Shown here: piece after piece, positions 30,553 through 40,647 of the stretch
Position numbering within the stretch: position 1 is the first letter of the stretch
How the letters are laid out: each line of letters starts with the position of its first letter
DNA from: Candidatus Krumholzibacteriota bacterium
GTDB lineage: Bacteria > Krumholzibacteriota > Krumholzibacteriia > JAJRXK01
Length of the DNA: 64,000 nt
Direction of reading: 5' to 3'
Assembly (NCBI GenBank): GCA_963806035.1
Contig: CAWDWO010000038.1
Span: 1-64,000 of the forward strand
Notes under the pieces: model-generated
Database searches by the model: none
The model's input: the letters and a program-made list of their open reading frames with translations, nothing else
What the model was told of the DNA's origin: nothing
Position numbers and translations under genes: made by a program

Positions 30553-31695
30553 TCAGCGCTTCTTCCATCGCTGCGGAGGGGGCGCGATCCAGTCCTTGGT
30601 CTTCATGATCTCCGTCATGTAGGCCTTGTCCTCTGGCCGGGGTTGCGTGTCGAGCAGATGCTGCCGGTACTCAGCCTCGGTCAGACGGACGCCGTCCACG
30701 CTCCAGAACTCTCCCGCGTGATCGCCGATCCGCCGACAGTAGCGCTGATCGGGTAGCGTGAATTCCTGCCAGTCCTCGGGCTTCACCTTGTTGAGAGTGG
30801 CCACGACTTTCTGCACCTCGGCCAGGTACTTGGAGCGCGCGTTTTCGTTCAGATGCTCCTTGTCGAGGGCTTCCTCGTCGCGCGTCTTGCGCTCGTCGTA
30901 GCGCCCCTTGATGCCCCACACGTAGCCCCACTGCGCACTCGAACTGTGATCGGTTCCGAAGAGATCGTAGGCGGTGGAGAGCCACTTGTTCAAATAGCGC
31001 TGGATGATGTGCTGCGGGACCACTCCGGCCTCGACCACGCGCTTCAGGCCCGCGTTGCCCGTGCCCAGATGAAAGGCCTCTTCCTTCAGCATGGGACCCA
31101 TGCTGCGCGCGAGGGGAGAGAAGGAGGAAGTGGAGAGCATGTTGAGCTGGAACTTGCCGTCACGGTCCACGAAATTGGTGTAGACGAAGAAATCCAGCCA
31201 GTTGTCGACGTCCTCGTTGAAGGAACCCAGGAGTCGTTCACGGTTCCAGGCTCTGCGCTCCAGCAGCTTGACCGCTTCGCGCTTTCCCTGCTCGCCAAAG
31301 TGCGACACCAGCACGTGGCACATCTGCCAGCCGTGACGCATCTCCTCGGCGTTGATGCGCACCAGGCTGTAGAGGTCGTAGTCGCTGGGGGCGGTATCCA
31401 CCAGGTTCTTCTGCTGCTCCACCGAGGCAAATTCGGTGTCTCCCTGATAGACGATCAGGGTGAGCAGGGCGTCGCGAATCCTCTGATCGGGAATCTCGAT
31501 GACGCGCTCCCAGCGGGGACGGCCCGCGAAGTCTCCGTACTCGATCTCCGAGCCCGGCAGATCCCCGTATTTGGCGGAAAAATCGAACTCGTGGAGGTCC
31601 ATCAAGGACTCGTCGTATCCGATGTCTTTGCGCCATTCGTGGAAGAGATCGGTCCATTCGTCGAAGGTGGAGACGGTCTTGGGGTGGAGAACCAT
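30553..31695 (-). CDS. Ferritin-like diiron protein, BoxB/PaaA (aryl-CoA epoxidase) family
   Basis: QGDTEFASVEQQ, EEMRH, DRDGKFQL, PLAR..MLKEEAFH. Confidence 0.8.
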   Translation of the reverse strand: MVLHPKTVSTFDEWTDLFHEWRKDIGYDESLMDLHEFDFSAKYGDLPGSEIEYGDFAGRPRWERVIEIPDQRIRDALLTLIVYQGDTEFASVEQQKNLVDTAPSDYDLYSLVRINAEEMRHGWQMCHVLVSHFGEQGKREAVKLLERRAWNRERLLGSFNEDVDNWLDFFVYTNFVDRDGKFQLNMLSTSSFSPLARSMGPMLKEEAFHLGTGNAGLKRVVEAGVVPQHIIQRYLNKWLSTAYDLFGTDHSSSAQWGYVWGIKGRYDERKTRDEEALDKEHLNENARSKYLAEVQKVVATLNKVKPEDWQEFTLPDQRYCRRIGDHAGEFWSVDGVRLTEAEYRQHLLDTQPRPEDKAYMTEIMKTKDWIAPPPQRWKKR

Positions 31696-31899
31696 GAGGG
31701 CGTCCTTTGGGCTGAGGAAGTCGGCAAGAAGGCAAAAACCGAACGCTTGTTCGAACTTTTCTCAGGATAGCGACAGCCGGGTCCAGCAGCAAGGGGAGGG
31801 GCATGCTGCGACTTGGAAAAGTCCCCCTTGGTTGTTAGGGTATGGCCCGTGGTGAGCGGAGATGGACCCCCACTGGGGCTCGTGCCCGGAGAGTGATCG

Positions 31900-32418
31900 A
31901 TGAGCCTGGCGTACGTGGCCTTGGGGAGCAACCAGGGAGCGAGACGACACGAACTCGCGCGGGCCATTCAGGGCCTGCGCCAATTGCCCGAGACCCAGCT
32001 GCAGGGGGTCAGCCGCCTCTACGAGACCAGCTACCAGGGCGCCGGGACCCAGCGACCCTACCTCAACGCCTGCCTCGTTCTCGAGACCTCGCTCTCGCCG
32101 CAGAGCCTTCTGGAAGCCGGCCAGGCCATGGAGCGCCAGGCCGGACGCGAGAGCGACGGTCACATGAAGCCCAGGCCTCTGGACGTGGATCTCCTCCTGG
32201 TCGATGATCTGCGTCTCGAGGAGGAGCGCCTGCGTCTGCCTCATCCGCGCATGCACGAGCGGCGTTTCGTGTTGCAACCCTTGGCCGATCTCGATCCCGA
32301 ATTGAAGCTCCCCGGACAGGATCTGCGCGTGCGGCAACTTCTTCAGGAGCCGCAGGTGCAGCGCCAAGAGCTGAAGGAGGCCGCGCGCGGCCGCTGGTGG
32401 GAGGAGAAGGAAGAGTGA
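31900..32418 (+). CDS. folK: 2-amino-4-hydroxy-6-hydroxymethyldihydropteridine diphosphokinase
   Basis: ALGSNQG, SRLYET, YLNA, PRPLDVDLL, LPHPRMHERRFVL. Confidence 0.93.
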   Translation: MSLAYVALGSNQGARRHELARAIQGLRQLPETQLQGVSRLYETSYQGAGTQRPYLNACLVLETSLSPQSLLEAGQAMERQAGRESDGHMKPRPLDVDLLLVDDLRLEEERLRLPHPRMHERRFVLQPLADLDPELKLPGQDLRVRQLLQEPQVQRQELKEAARGRWWEEKEE

Positions 32419-33071
32419 GTCCTGTGGATTCCCCCTGGCGCTACATCGTGGTCGAAGGGGTCATCGGAGCGGGCAAGACCAGTCTCTGCCGGCTCCTTTC
32501 GGAGAGCTTGGCAGCGCGCCTCACTCTGGAGGTCGTGGAAGAGAATCCCTTCCTGCCCAAGTTCTACCAGGACCGCGCCGCGTACGCCTTCGTGACCCAG
32601 AACTTCTTTCTTTTGAGCCGTTATCAGCAGCAGATGAAGCTCGTGCAAATGGATCTCTTCGACAATAGTCTTGTCGCGGACTATCTCTTTGCCAAGGATC
32701 GTATCTTTGCTAACATCAACCTCAGCGACGACGAGTTGCGGCTTTACGAGCGTTTGGCGTCCATTTTGGAGGAGCGGGTCCGGCGCCCGGACCTGGTGGT
32801 CTACCTGCAGGCGAGCACCGAGGTCCTCATGACGCGGATCCGCTGGCGAGGCCGCAGCTATGAGCGCGACATGGACGTCGATTACATTCAGACGCTCAAC
32901 GAGGCCTACAACTACTTCTTCTTTCACTACGATGAGACGCCCCTGCTCATCGTGAACACCAACGAACTCGACTTCGTAAAGAACCGCGACCACTATGCGG
33001 ATCTGCTGCACCGCATTCTCCAACCCTTTACCGGAACGCAGTATTACGTTCCCCCATGGAAAGAGGAATGA
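32415..33071 (+). CDS. Deoxynucleoside kinase
   Basis: VEGVIGAGKT, ENPFL.KFY, PDLVVYL, RGRSYE. Confidence 0.9.
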   Translation: MSPVDSPWRYIVVEGVIGAGKTSLCRLLSESLAARLTLEVVEENPFLPKFYQDRAAYAFVTQNFFLLSRYQQQMKLVQMDLFDNSLVADYLFAKDRIFANINLSDDELRLYERLASILEERVRRPDLVVYLQASTEVLMTRIRWRGRSYERDMDVDYIQTLNEAYNYFFFHYDETPLLIVNTNELDFVKNRDHYADLLHRILQPFTGTQYYVPPWKEE

Positions 33072-33907
33072 TGGCCAAGACCACGCGTCTGGATCTCCTC
33101 CGTTCCAAGAAAGAGCACCGCAAGATCGCGGTCGTGACCGCGTACGACTATCCCACCGCCCGTCTGGTGGACATGGCGGAGGTGGACGCGATCCTGGTGG
33201 GGGATAGCCTGGGTAACGTCATCCAGGGCCACGACAGTACGCTGCCGGTGACTCTGGAGCACATGATCTACCACACGAGCTGTGTGAGCCGCGCCCGTCC
33301 GCGTGCAATGATCGTCGCCGATTTGCCCTTCGGCACCTTTCAACGCGGACCCCAAGTGACTCTGGACGCCTCCATTCGTTTGATGCAGGAAGCCAACGCG
33401 GAAGCGGTGAAGATCGAAGGTGCCGGTCCGCGGCTCGCTTCCATCGAGACCGTGGCCAGCCAGGACATTCCCGTGTGGGCCCACCTCGGTCTCACTCCGC
33501 AGTCGGTGCACGGCTTCGGAGGGCATCGCGTCCAGGGGAAGGAGTCCCAATCCGCGCATCGAATTCTGGAGCAGGCGCGCCGTGTGGAATCCGCGGGAGC
33601 TTGCGCGCTCGTGCTCGAGTGCATTCCCCACGAACTGGCGGGCGAGATCACCCGGACCCTGGCCATTCCGACCATCGGCATCGGCGCGGGCCCGGAATGT
33701 GACGGCCAAGTCCTGGTCTTCCACGACTTGCTGGGCTTCGACAAGAGCTTCGTGCCGCGCTTCGTGAGACAGTATGCACAGATGGAAGATCTGATCCCCG
33801 AAGCCCTTCGCAGCTTCGTGAACGACGTTCGCGAGGGGAGTTTTCCCACCCTCGAAGAGAGCTATGCCTCCGCCAAGGAGCTCGCGAAAAAAGCCAGGAG
33901 GCGTTGA
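33071..33907 (+). CDS. panB: 3-methyl-2-oxobutanoate hydroxymethyltransferase
   Basis: TAYD, LVGDSLG, VKIEG, HLGLTPQS, IGIGAG, GQVLVFHD. Confidence 0.95.
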   Translation: MAKTTRLDLLRSKKEHRKIAVVTAYDYPTARLVDMAEVDAILVGDSLGNVIQGHDSTLPVTLEHMIYHTSCVSRARPRAMIVADLPFGTFQRGPQVTLDASIRLMQEANAEAVKIEGAGPRLASIETVASQDIPVWAHLGLTPQSVHGFGGHRVQGKESQSAHRILEQARRVESAGACALVLECIPHELAGEITRTLAIPTIGIGAGPECDGQVLVFHDLLGFDKSFVPRFVRQYAQMEDLIPEALRSFVNDVREGSFPTLEESYASAKELAKKARRR

Positions 33908-34854
33908 CCTTGCCTGCCCCGAGGCTCATTCGATCTGAAGCGCAGATCGAAGAGGCCCTCGCGCCCCTGCGCCAGGGCCAAAGTCCGCTCGTTTTCGTTC
34001 CCACCATGGGTGATCTCCACGAGGGCCATCTGACTCTGGTGCGCACGGGCGCCAAACTGGGTCGAGTTCTGGTGAGCATCTTCGTGAACCCCACCCAGTT
34101 CGGACCCCGAGAGGACTTCGCGAGCTATCCGCGCGATTTGCAGAGAGATCTGGATCTGCTGAAGCAACTCGATGGTGTGGCCGCGGTCTACGCCCCTGAG
34201 GTGGAGGAGATCTATCCGCGGGGAGACTCGACTTTCGTCGAGGTGACGGGACTGGGAGAAATTCTGGAGGGCGAATACCGACCGGGTCATCTCCGTGGAG
34301 TCACCACCGTGCTCGCCAAGCTCTTTTTGACGCTGCGGCCGCAGATTGCCGTCTTCGGTCAGAAGGATGCTCAGCAGTGCCTCGTGGTGAAGAGGATGGT
34401 CAAAGATCTGCGCATTCCCCTGCGTCTGCTCTTCGGGCCCACGGTGCGCGAGAGTGACGGACTCGCATTGAGCTCACGCAATCGCTACCTGAAGGGCGAG
34501 GAGAGGGTCCAGGCCCTCGCCCTGCACCGGGCCTTGCGTTTGGGCGAGCGCCTCTTGCGGGAAGGCGAGCGAAAGGCGTCGGCCGTCGAGTCCGCCATGA
34601 CCGCGGCGCTGGAAGCGGAGCGGGTGCGCGTGGATTACGCGGCCCTGCGAGTGCTGCCGGAACTCGAGACTGTCCCGCGGGCGGAAGGACATCTTCTGCT
34701 CGCGTTGGCGGCTCATGTGGGAAGAGCGCGGCTCATCGACAACCTCTGCCTCCGGGTGAGCGAGCGAGGCGTGGAGGAGTCGCCGCTGGATGAAGAATGC
34801 ACTCTCGAGGCGCTGCAAAAGGACTTTGAAGCGCGAAGGAGCGATGGCCGATGA
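33904..34854 (+). CDS. panC: Pantoate--beta-alanine ligase
   Basis: PTMGDLHEGH, IFVNPTQF, FGQKD, GLALSSRN, RLIDN. Confidence 0.95.
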   Translation: MTLPAPRLIRSEAQIEEALAPLRQGQSPLVFVPTMGDLHEGHLTLVRTGAKLGRVLVSIFVNPTQFGPREDFASYPRDLQRDLDLLKQLDGVAAVYAPEVEEIYPRGDSTFVEVTGLGEILEGEYRPGHLRGVTTVLAKLFLTLRPQIAVFGQKDAQQCLVVKRMVKDLRIPLRLLFGPTVRESDGLALSSRNRYLKGEERVQALALHRALRLGERLLREGERKASAVESAMTAALEAERVRVDYAALRVLPELETVPRAEGHLLLALAAHVGRARLIDNLCLRVSERGVEESPLDEECTLEALQKDFEARRSDGR

Positions 34855-35594
34855 ATGCGACCTTCGCGGTGGTTTTGGCCGCGGGCAAGGGAACCCGCAT
34901 GAAGAGCGACAAGGCGAAGGTCCTGCACGAGCTCGCAGACAGGCCGATGCTGAGCCACGTCTTGAGCGCGCTGGAGGAGCTCGGGGTGGAGGAGACGGTC
35001 GTGGTGGTGGGACACCAGGCCGATGCGGTCTCCGAGATCTGTCGAGAACATGCGGTGCAAACGGTGCTACAGTCCGAGCAGTTGGGAACGGGGCACGCGG
35101 TGGAGCAGGCTCGGCCTGTGCTGGAGGGCAGAGAGGGGCTGACCCTCATCCTCAGCGGTGACGTGCCTCTGCTCCGCGCGAGAACTCTGAGAGGCCTCGA
35201 GGAGGCCGTACGGAAAGATGGCGCGGCAGCCTGTGTTCTCACCGCCATCACCGAAGATGCGAGCGGATACGGACGCATTCTCCGCGGGGCGAAGGGGGAG
35301 ATTCTCGGCATCGTGGAAGAGAAGGATGCGAGTGAAGAGCAACGTCGCATCACCGAATACAATACAGGTACCTACTGTTTCAAGAACGCGCTCCTGTGGC
35401 CGCTCATCCGGCAACTGGACACTGACAACGCGCAGGGCGAATTCTACCTCACCGACCTCATCGCGCTGCTGGTACGAAGCGGCGAGCGAGTTCAAGGTGT
35501 CGTCTGCGAGGACGAACGTGAGGTGCAGGGAGTCAATACACTCGAGGACTTGGCTCGAGCGCGGAGCGACTGGGAGGAAATTCACCGTGGATAG
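34851..35594 (+). CDS. Sugar-phosphate nucleotidyltransferase (GlmU N-terminal uridyltransferase domain only)
   Basis: LAAGKGTRMKS, QLGTGHA, GYGRI, VEEKDA, NAQGEFYLTD; no hexapeptide LbH domain. Confidence 0.85.
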   Translation: MNATFAVVLAAGKGTRMKSDKAKVLHELADRPMLSHVLSALEELGVEETVVVVGHQADAVSEICREHAVQTVLQSEQLGTGHAVEQARPVLEGREGLTLILSGDVPLLRARTLRGLEEAVRKDGAAACVLTAITEDASGYGRILRGAKGEILGIVEEKDASEEQRRITEYNTGTYCFKNALLWPLIRQLDTDNAQGEFYLTDLIALLVRSGERVQGVVCEDEREVQGVNTLEDLARARSDWEEIHRG

Positions 35595-36075
35595 ATTATT
35601 CACCCCTTGGCGCAGGTCCTATGTCACCTCCCTCAACGAGCCCTCCACCTGTGTCCTCTGCGAAGTTGCGCGGGCCGACGACCAAGAGTCGCGAATCCTC
35701 TTGAGAGAAAGCGGCTGGTACGTCGTATTGAACAAGTATCCTTACACCACGGGCCACATGATGCTGGTGGTGCAACGACACGTCGGTAGCCTGGAGGAAC
35801 TCGACGAGGGCGAGACGGAGAGTCAAGCGCGGCTCCTTGCCCTGTGTGAGCACGCGCTGCGCGAGGCCTACCATCCCCATGGTCTGAACGTGGGTCTCAA
35901 TCTGGGACGCGCGGCCGGCGCCGGAGTCAAGGGCCACCTGCACTGGCACGTCCTGCCCCGCTGGGAAGGCGACGCCAACTTCGTCTCGGTGGTGGGCGAT
36001 ACGCGCGTTCTGCCCGAGACCCTTCAGGAGAGTTACGAGCGGCTCTTGCCCTGCTTTCGCCGGGGGGAATCGTGA
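35587..36075 (+). CDS. HIT family hydrolase
   Basis: PWR..YV, CVLC, NKYPYTTGH, HLHWHVLPRW.GD. Confidence 0.9.
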   Translation: MDRLFTPWRRSYVTSLNEPSTCVLCEVARADDQESRILLRESGWYVVLNKYPYTTGHMMLVVQRHVGSLEELDEGETESQARLLALCEHALREAYHPHGLNVGLNLGRAAGAGVKGHLHWHVLPRWEGDANFVSVVGDTRVLPETLQESYERLLPCFRRGES

Positions 36076-36467
36076 GTCGCACCTCGCTGATCCTCGGCGG
36101 GCTGCTGCTGCTCTGTCTGGCCTCGGCCGCCATCGCTCGTTTCAGGCACCACGAGGAGCCACCGTTGGCGCGGCTCACCATCGAGGTGCTGAACGGATGT
36201 GGGGAGGAGGGTGCGGCGGCCGCCACCGCGCAGAAGCTGCGGGGCCTGGGACAGGATGTGGTCAAAGTGGCTGATGCCGAGCGTAAAGACTACGATCACT
36301 GCGTCTTGGTGGACCGCCGGGGCCGCGCCTGGCTGGCCCGTAGGCTGGCCCGGCGCCTGGGGGGAATGCTGGTGGTCCTGGAGCGCAGTGCCGGAGCGGA
36401 CGCGGACCTGACCCTCATCGTGGGAAGGGACTACGCGAAGATCCCCGGATCCAAGACGGGACTCTGA
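36072..36467 (+). CDS. LytR C-terminal domain protein
   Basis: N-terminal TM; IEVLNGCG..GAA, DLTLIVGRDY. Confidence 0.82.
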   Translation: MSRTSLILGGLLLLCLASAAIARFRHHEEPPLARLTIEVLNGCGEEGAAAATAQKLRGLGQDVVKVADAERKDYDHCVLVDRRGRAWLARRLARRLGGMLVVLERSAGADADLTLIVGRDYAKIPGSKTGL

Positions 36468-36535
36468 GAGGGCCTCTTTGTTCCTTGGAAGGCTCGTGCT
36501 ATGGTGCAGCCCGGTGACCCGAGCGGGAAAGGCAG

Positions 36536-36811
36536 GTGGGCAAACTGGCTAAGCGGCGACTGGGAACGGTAACTTTGATTTTCTTCCTGGGAATCCTCGT
36601 GGGAAGTGTCATCAGCCAGGCCGTGGGGTTGTTCCTCCCCGAGGGCTCGACTGCACACCAGCTTTTCGTCCAATATCTTTCATTTGGTTTCGGGCCAGCG
36701 CCTCTCAATCTCATTATCTTTGACGTGACGTTGGGATTTCACATCCACGTGAATCTGTTGAGCGTCATCGGGATCTTCCTGGTGGCGCAGGTTCTCCGCT
36801 GGTATCGCTAG
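36536..36811 (+). CDS. Small membrane protein (DUF4321-like)
   Basis: Hydrophobic 91 aa; LNLIIFDVTLGFHIHVNLLSVIG pattern. Confidence 0.65.
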   Translation: MGKLAKRRLGTVTLIFFLGILVGSVISQAVGLFLPEGSTAHQLFVQYLSFGFGPAPLNLIIFDVTLGFHIHVNLLSVIGIFLVAQVLRWYR

Positions 36812-36829
36812 CGGAGTTTGGGAGGGATC

Positions 36830-37057
36830 ATGGTCGATCTGAATCTGCCGCTCGCTCTCATTCCCAGTTTCGGCTGGCAAGAGGGTCTGGTCATCCTTGC
36901 CGTGGTTCTCTTGGTCTTCGGGCCGTCAAAACTGCCAGAGGTCGCGGAGGCCATGGGGAAGTCCATTCGGAAGTTCAAGAACGCCACGCGTGACGTCGAG
37001 GACTCGATCAAGGATGAGGTCAACCGCATCGACGAGGGAGATAAGAAGAAGGAGTAG
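36830..37057 (+). CDS. tatA: Twin-arginine translocase TatA/E
   Basis: LLVFGPSKLPEVAEAMGKSIRKFK. Confidence 0.9.
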   Translation: MVDLNLPLALIPSFGWQEGLVILAVVLLVFGPSKLPEVAEAMGKSIRKFKNATRDVEDSIKDEVNRIDEGDKKKE

Positions 37058-37105
37058 GAAAGCTTTTCCGCCTCACCGGCCTTCGCCAGAGCCTTGGGAG
37101 CAGCC

Positions 37106-39403
37106 TTGAATCTGCATCAGCTCCTTGCGCGCTTGCAGAGCGACGCAGAATTTAACCGAAACGTAACCCTCTGGCACACGCTGCCCGCCGAGACGGCTCG
37201 GTACGTCCCGTTCCCTGAAGACCTGGACCCGCGACTCCGCGACGCCCTCAGGCAGCAGGGGATCGAGGCGCTATACACGCATCAGGGCGAAGCCTACGAG
37301 AAGGTCAGGGGTGGTCGCCACACCGTGGTAGTGACTCCGACCGCCAGCGGGAAGACCCTCTGTTACAACCTGCCGGTGCTTCAGGCCTGCTTGGAGAACG
37401 AGGAGGCGCGGGCGCTCTACCTCTTTCCCACCAAGGCTCTCAGCCAGGACCAGATGCAGGGTCTCCACGGGCTCATCGAAGCGATGGGCGTGGACATCAA
37501 GACCTACACTTTCGACGGTGATACTCCGGCGACCGCGCGGCGCACCATCCGCAGCAGCGGGCACATCGTCGTCACGAATCCCGACATGCTGCACCAGGGA
37601 ATCCTTCCGCATCACACGGCCTGGATCAAACTCTTCGAGAACTTGCGCTACGTGGTGATCGACGAGGTTCACCAGTACCGGGGCGTCTTCGGCAGCCACC
37701 TCGCCAACCTCATCAGAAGGTTGCGACGGATCTGCCGCTTCTACGGCAGCAACCCGGTCTTCCTGTGTTCCAGCGCCACGGTGGCCAACCCCGTGGAGCA
37801 CGCGGGGCATCTCTTGTCCGAGCCCGTGGAGCTCGTGGATGACAACGGTGCTCCGCGCGGCGAGAAACACCTCGTGTTCTACAACCCTCCGGTGGTGAAC
37901 GCCGAGCTGGGGATTCGCCGCAGTGTGATCAAGGAGGCGGCCCGGCTCTCCGAGCCCTTCCTCTCGACCGGAGTGCAGGTCATTCTCTTCGGCCGCAGCC
38001 GTCTGCGGGTCGAATTGCTGCTCACCTATCTCAAGCGCAGCCTGAGCAAGCTGCACAAGTCACCGGCTCTCGCGCGAGGCTACCGAGGTGGATATCTCCC
38101 CAGCGAACGCCGCGCGATCGAGCGCGGTTTACGCGAAGGGAAAATTCTGGCGGTGGCGTCGACGAACGCCCTGGAGCTCGGGATCGACATCGGTCAGCTC
38201 GATGTCTGCATCATGGCCGGCTATGCGGGAACCGTGACCTCCACCTGGCAGCAGGCCGGCCGGGCGGGACGCAGGAAAGGGGTGAGCGTTGCCATCGTCG
38301 TGGCCTCCAGCAATCCCCTGGATCAGTACATCATTTCGCATCCGGATTTCTTTCTGGAGTCCAATCCAGAGACCGCCATCGTCGATCCGGACAATCTCGC
38401 GATTCTGCTCAGCCATCTGAAGTGCGCGGCCTTCGAACTTCCTTTCACTCGCGAAGAGCGCTTCGGCGGGCTCTCGGCCACTTCGGAGATGCTGGCCTAT
38501 CTGGAGGAAAAGGGCGTCCTGAATTCGAGCGGGGATCAGTGGCACTGGATCGCGGATACCTATCCGGCGGAGGACGTGAGTTTGCGCAGCGCCGCCATAG
38601 AAAACGTGGTGATCGTGGACACCACCAAAAACCGCCGGGTCATCGGGGAGACCGATCTTTTCAGCGCACAGCTTCTGCTCCACGACGACGCCATCTACAT
38701 GCACGAGGGTCGGCAGCATCACGTCGATCACCTGGATTGGGAACGCAAGGAAGCCTATGTGCGCCAGGTCGAGGTCGACTACTACACCGACGCCCAGCTC
38801 AAGACGGAACTTCACGCTTTGGATCTATTGGAGAGTGAAGAGCTCGAATCCGGGATGAAGGCGCACGGAGAAATCGGCTTGATCACCAAGGCCACCATGT
38901 TCAAGAAGATCAAGCTGGGTACCCACGAGAACGTGGGAGCGGGGAAGATCCAGTTGCCCGAATTGGAACACCACACCACGAGCTACTGGTGGCGCCTCGA
39001 CGACAGCTTGACCCATACGATGCGCGAGAGGAATCTCGATCTGGGTGAAGGACTCAAGGGATTGGCCCATCTTCTGGGCCAGGTGGCGCCCCTGTACATC
39101 ATGGCGGATCCGGCGGACGTGCGCGCGGTGCCCATGTTGAAATCCCCTTTCACCCAGAGCCCCACTCTCTTCATCTACGACGTCTATCCGGGCGGGGTGG
39201 GTTTCGCGCGCAAACTGTACTCCCTTCACGATTTGCTTCTCGAAGCCGCGGCGGCACGACTCTTCGAATGCCCCTGTCAGGATGGTTGCCCCTCGTGTGT
39301 TGGATCCAGCCTGGAAACCGGCGGGCGAGCCAAGGCATCGGCGCTCTTTCTCTTGAACGAGGGTGGCGTGAAGAATTCGCGCCGCGCGGCGGGCAGTGCC
39401 TGA
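37106..39403 (+). CDS. SF2 DEAH helicase with DUF1998 (MrfA/YprA/Hrq1 family)
   Basis: TPTASGKT, FPTKALSQDQ, DEVH, SAT, ALELGIDIG, QQAGRAGR, C-terminal CPCQDGCPSC. Confidence 0.92.
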   Translation: MNLHQLLARLQSDAEFNRNVTLWHTLPAETARYVPFPEDLDPRLRDALRQQGIEALYTHQGEAYEKVRGGRHTVVVTPTASGKTLCYNLPVLQACLENEEARALYLFPTKALSQDQMQGLHGLIEAMGVDIKTYTFDGDTPATARRTIRSSGHIVVTNPDMLHQGILPHHTAWIKLFENLRYVVIDEVHQYRGVFGSHLANLIRRLRRICRFYGSNPVFLCSSATVANPVEHAGHLLSEPVELVDDNGAPRGEKHLVFYNPPVVNAELGIRRSVIKEAARLSEPFLSTGVQVILFGRSRLRVELLLTYLKRSLSKLHKSPALARGYRGGYLPSERRAIERGLREGKILAVASTNALELGIDIGQLDVCIMAGYAGTVTSTWQQAGRAGRRKGVSVAIVVASSNPLDQYIISHPDFFLESNPETAIVDPDNLAILLSHLKCAAFELPFTREERFGGLSATSEMLAYLEEKGVLNSSGDQWHWIADTYPAEDVSLRSAAIENVVIVDTTKNRRVIGETDLFSAQLLLHDDAIYMHEGRQHHVDHLDWERKEAYVRQVEVDYYTDAQLKTELHALDLLESEELESGMKAHGEIGLITKATMFKKIKLGTHENVGAGKIQLPELEHHTTSYWWRLDDSLTHTMRERNLDLGEGLKGLAHLLGQVAPLYIMADPADVRAVPMLKSPFTQSPTLFIYDVYPGGVGFARKLYSLHDLLLEAAAARLFECPCQDGCPSCVGSSLETGGRAKASALFLLNEGGVKNSRRAAGSA

Positions 39404-39408
39404 GAGCG

Positions 39409-40647
39409 ATGTTAGAGAGAGATCTGCGTTCCCGCCTGGCGTTCTTCGACAAGAAGCATGCGATACCGGCCCAAAAGCCGCAGAGAGTTCAGCAGGGCGC
39501 TCGTGAGGAGCTTCTCACGGCACTGGGAGGGGAACTCCACGGTCGCGGCGCATCCCGTTTCCTCAAGATCGAGGAGCCGGTCGACCCCAAGCTCTTTCCG
39601 GGTTCGCCCGCCGAATGCGTTTCACCCGAGGCCTGGTTCCGGCTAAGCGGCAAGTCCGCGCCGGCGGGAAACCACTGGGTGGTTTTGGATACTGAAACTA
39701 CCGGACTGCAGACCGGGGCCGGCACCCTGGTTTTTCTGGTTGGTCTCTTGCACTGGCGTGAGGAAGATGCGCGCCTGGTTCAGTATTTCATACCCGAGCC
39801 TGCGGGCGAGAGCGGAATGCTGAGAGATCTGTGGCGTGAACTCGAGCCGGCCGACGCGCTCGTCAGTTTCAACGGACTGGCTTTCGACTGCTCACGCCTG
39901 CGTACGCGCGGGATCCTCTCGCGGCTGGACCCCGGGATGCTCGACATGCCGCAGTTGGATCTCATGCACCCGGCGCGGAGGATTGCCGCCGATTGGTTGC
40001 CCGATTGCCGCCTCAAGAGTCTCGAGCAGAGTCTCCTGGGGAGAGAACGTGAGGACGACCTGCCGGGTAGCGAGGTTCCGGAAGTCTACCGTAGCTGGTT
40101 GAGTGATGGATTCCAGCCGGATCTTCCACGGGTCCTCGAGCACAACCGTCACGACGTGGAGAACCTCATGCACTTGGCCGCGATTCTCGCCGCCATCTAT
40201 TGCGACGGAGAGGATCCTCTCGTGCTTCCGGCAAGCGCGCATCATCGTTTGGGTCGGACGCTGGTGGCCCGCAAGCGCGTCGCTGCGGCCAGAACCCGAT
40301 TCGAACGCGCCATGCGTGAAGGCGAGGAAGGCATCGCCTGTCGTGCCGCCTTCGAGCTGGCTCGGCTTCACAAGAGGTCCGGCGAATGGAAACGAGCTGA
40401 AGAGATCTATCGGCACTGCCTGAAGCGCTGGCCGCGTTTCATTCCCGCCCGGGTGGGATTGGCCAAGGTCCAGGAACATCGGCGGAAAGATCCGGCGGGA
40501 GCCCTGCGAACGGTAAACGCCGCGCTCGAGTTCCTGGCGTCGCTGCCCGCGGCGGAACGAGATGAGGTTTTTCCCGCGACGATCGATGAGCTAGAATACC
40601 GGCGGCAACGTCTGAACCGCCGACTTTCGAAGGTCGCCCTATCGTGA
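39409..40647 (+). CDS. RNase H-like exonuclease with TPR tail (MrfB/YprB-like)
   Basis: LDTETTG, SFNGLAFD, LDLMH, HNRHDV; helical repeats; follows the DUF1998 helicase. Confidence 0.85.
   Translation: MLERDLRSRLAFFDKKHAIPAQKPQRVQQGAREELLTALGGELHGRGASRFLKIEEPVDPKLFPGSPAECVSPEAWFRLSGKSAPAGNHWVVLDTETTGLQTGAGTLVFLVGLLHWREEDARLVQYFIPEPAGESGMLRDLWRELEPADALVSFNGLAFDCSRLRTRGILSRLDPGMLDMPQLDLMHPARRIAADWLPDCRLKSLEQSLLGREREDDLPGSEVPEVYRSWLSDGFQPDLPRVLEHNRHDVENLMHLAAILAAIYCDGEDPLVLPASAHHRLGRTLVARKRVAAARTRFERAMREGEEGIACRAAFELARLHKRSGEWKRAEEIYRHCLKRWPRFIPARVGLAKVQEHRRKDPAGALRTVNAALEFLASLPAAERDEVFPATIDELEYRRQRLNRRLSKVALS

Noticed and set aside
37106..40647. DUF1998 helicase as a DISARM/Druantia defence system
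   Set aside because: Partner is YprB/MrfB-like and no methylase or other defence genes are nearby
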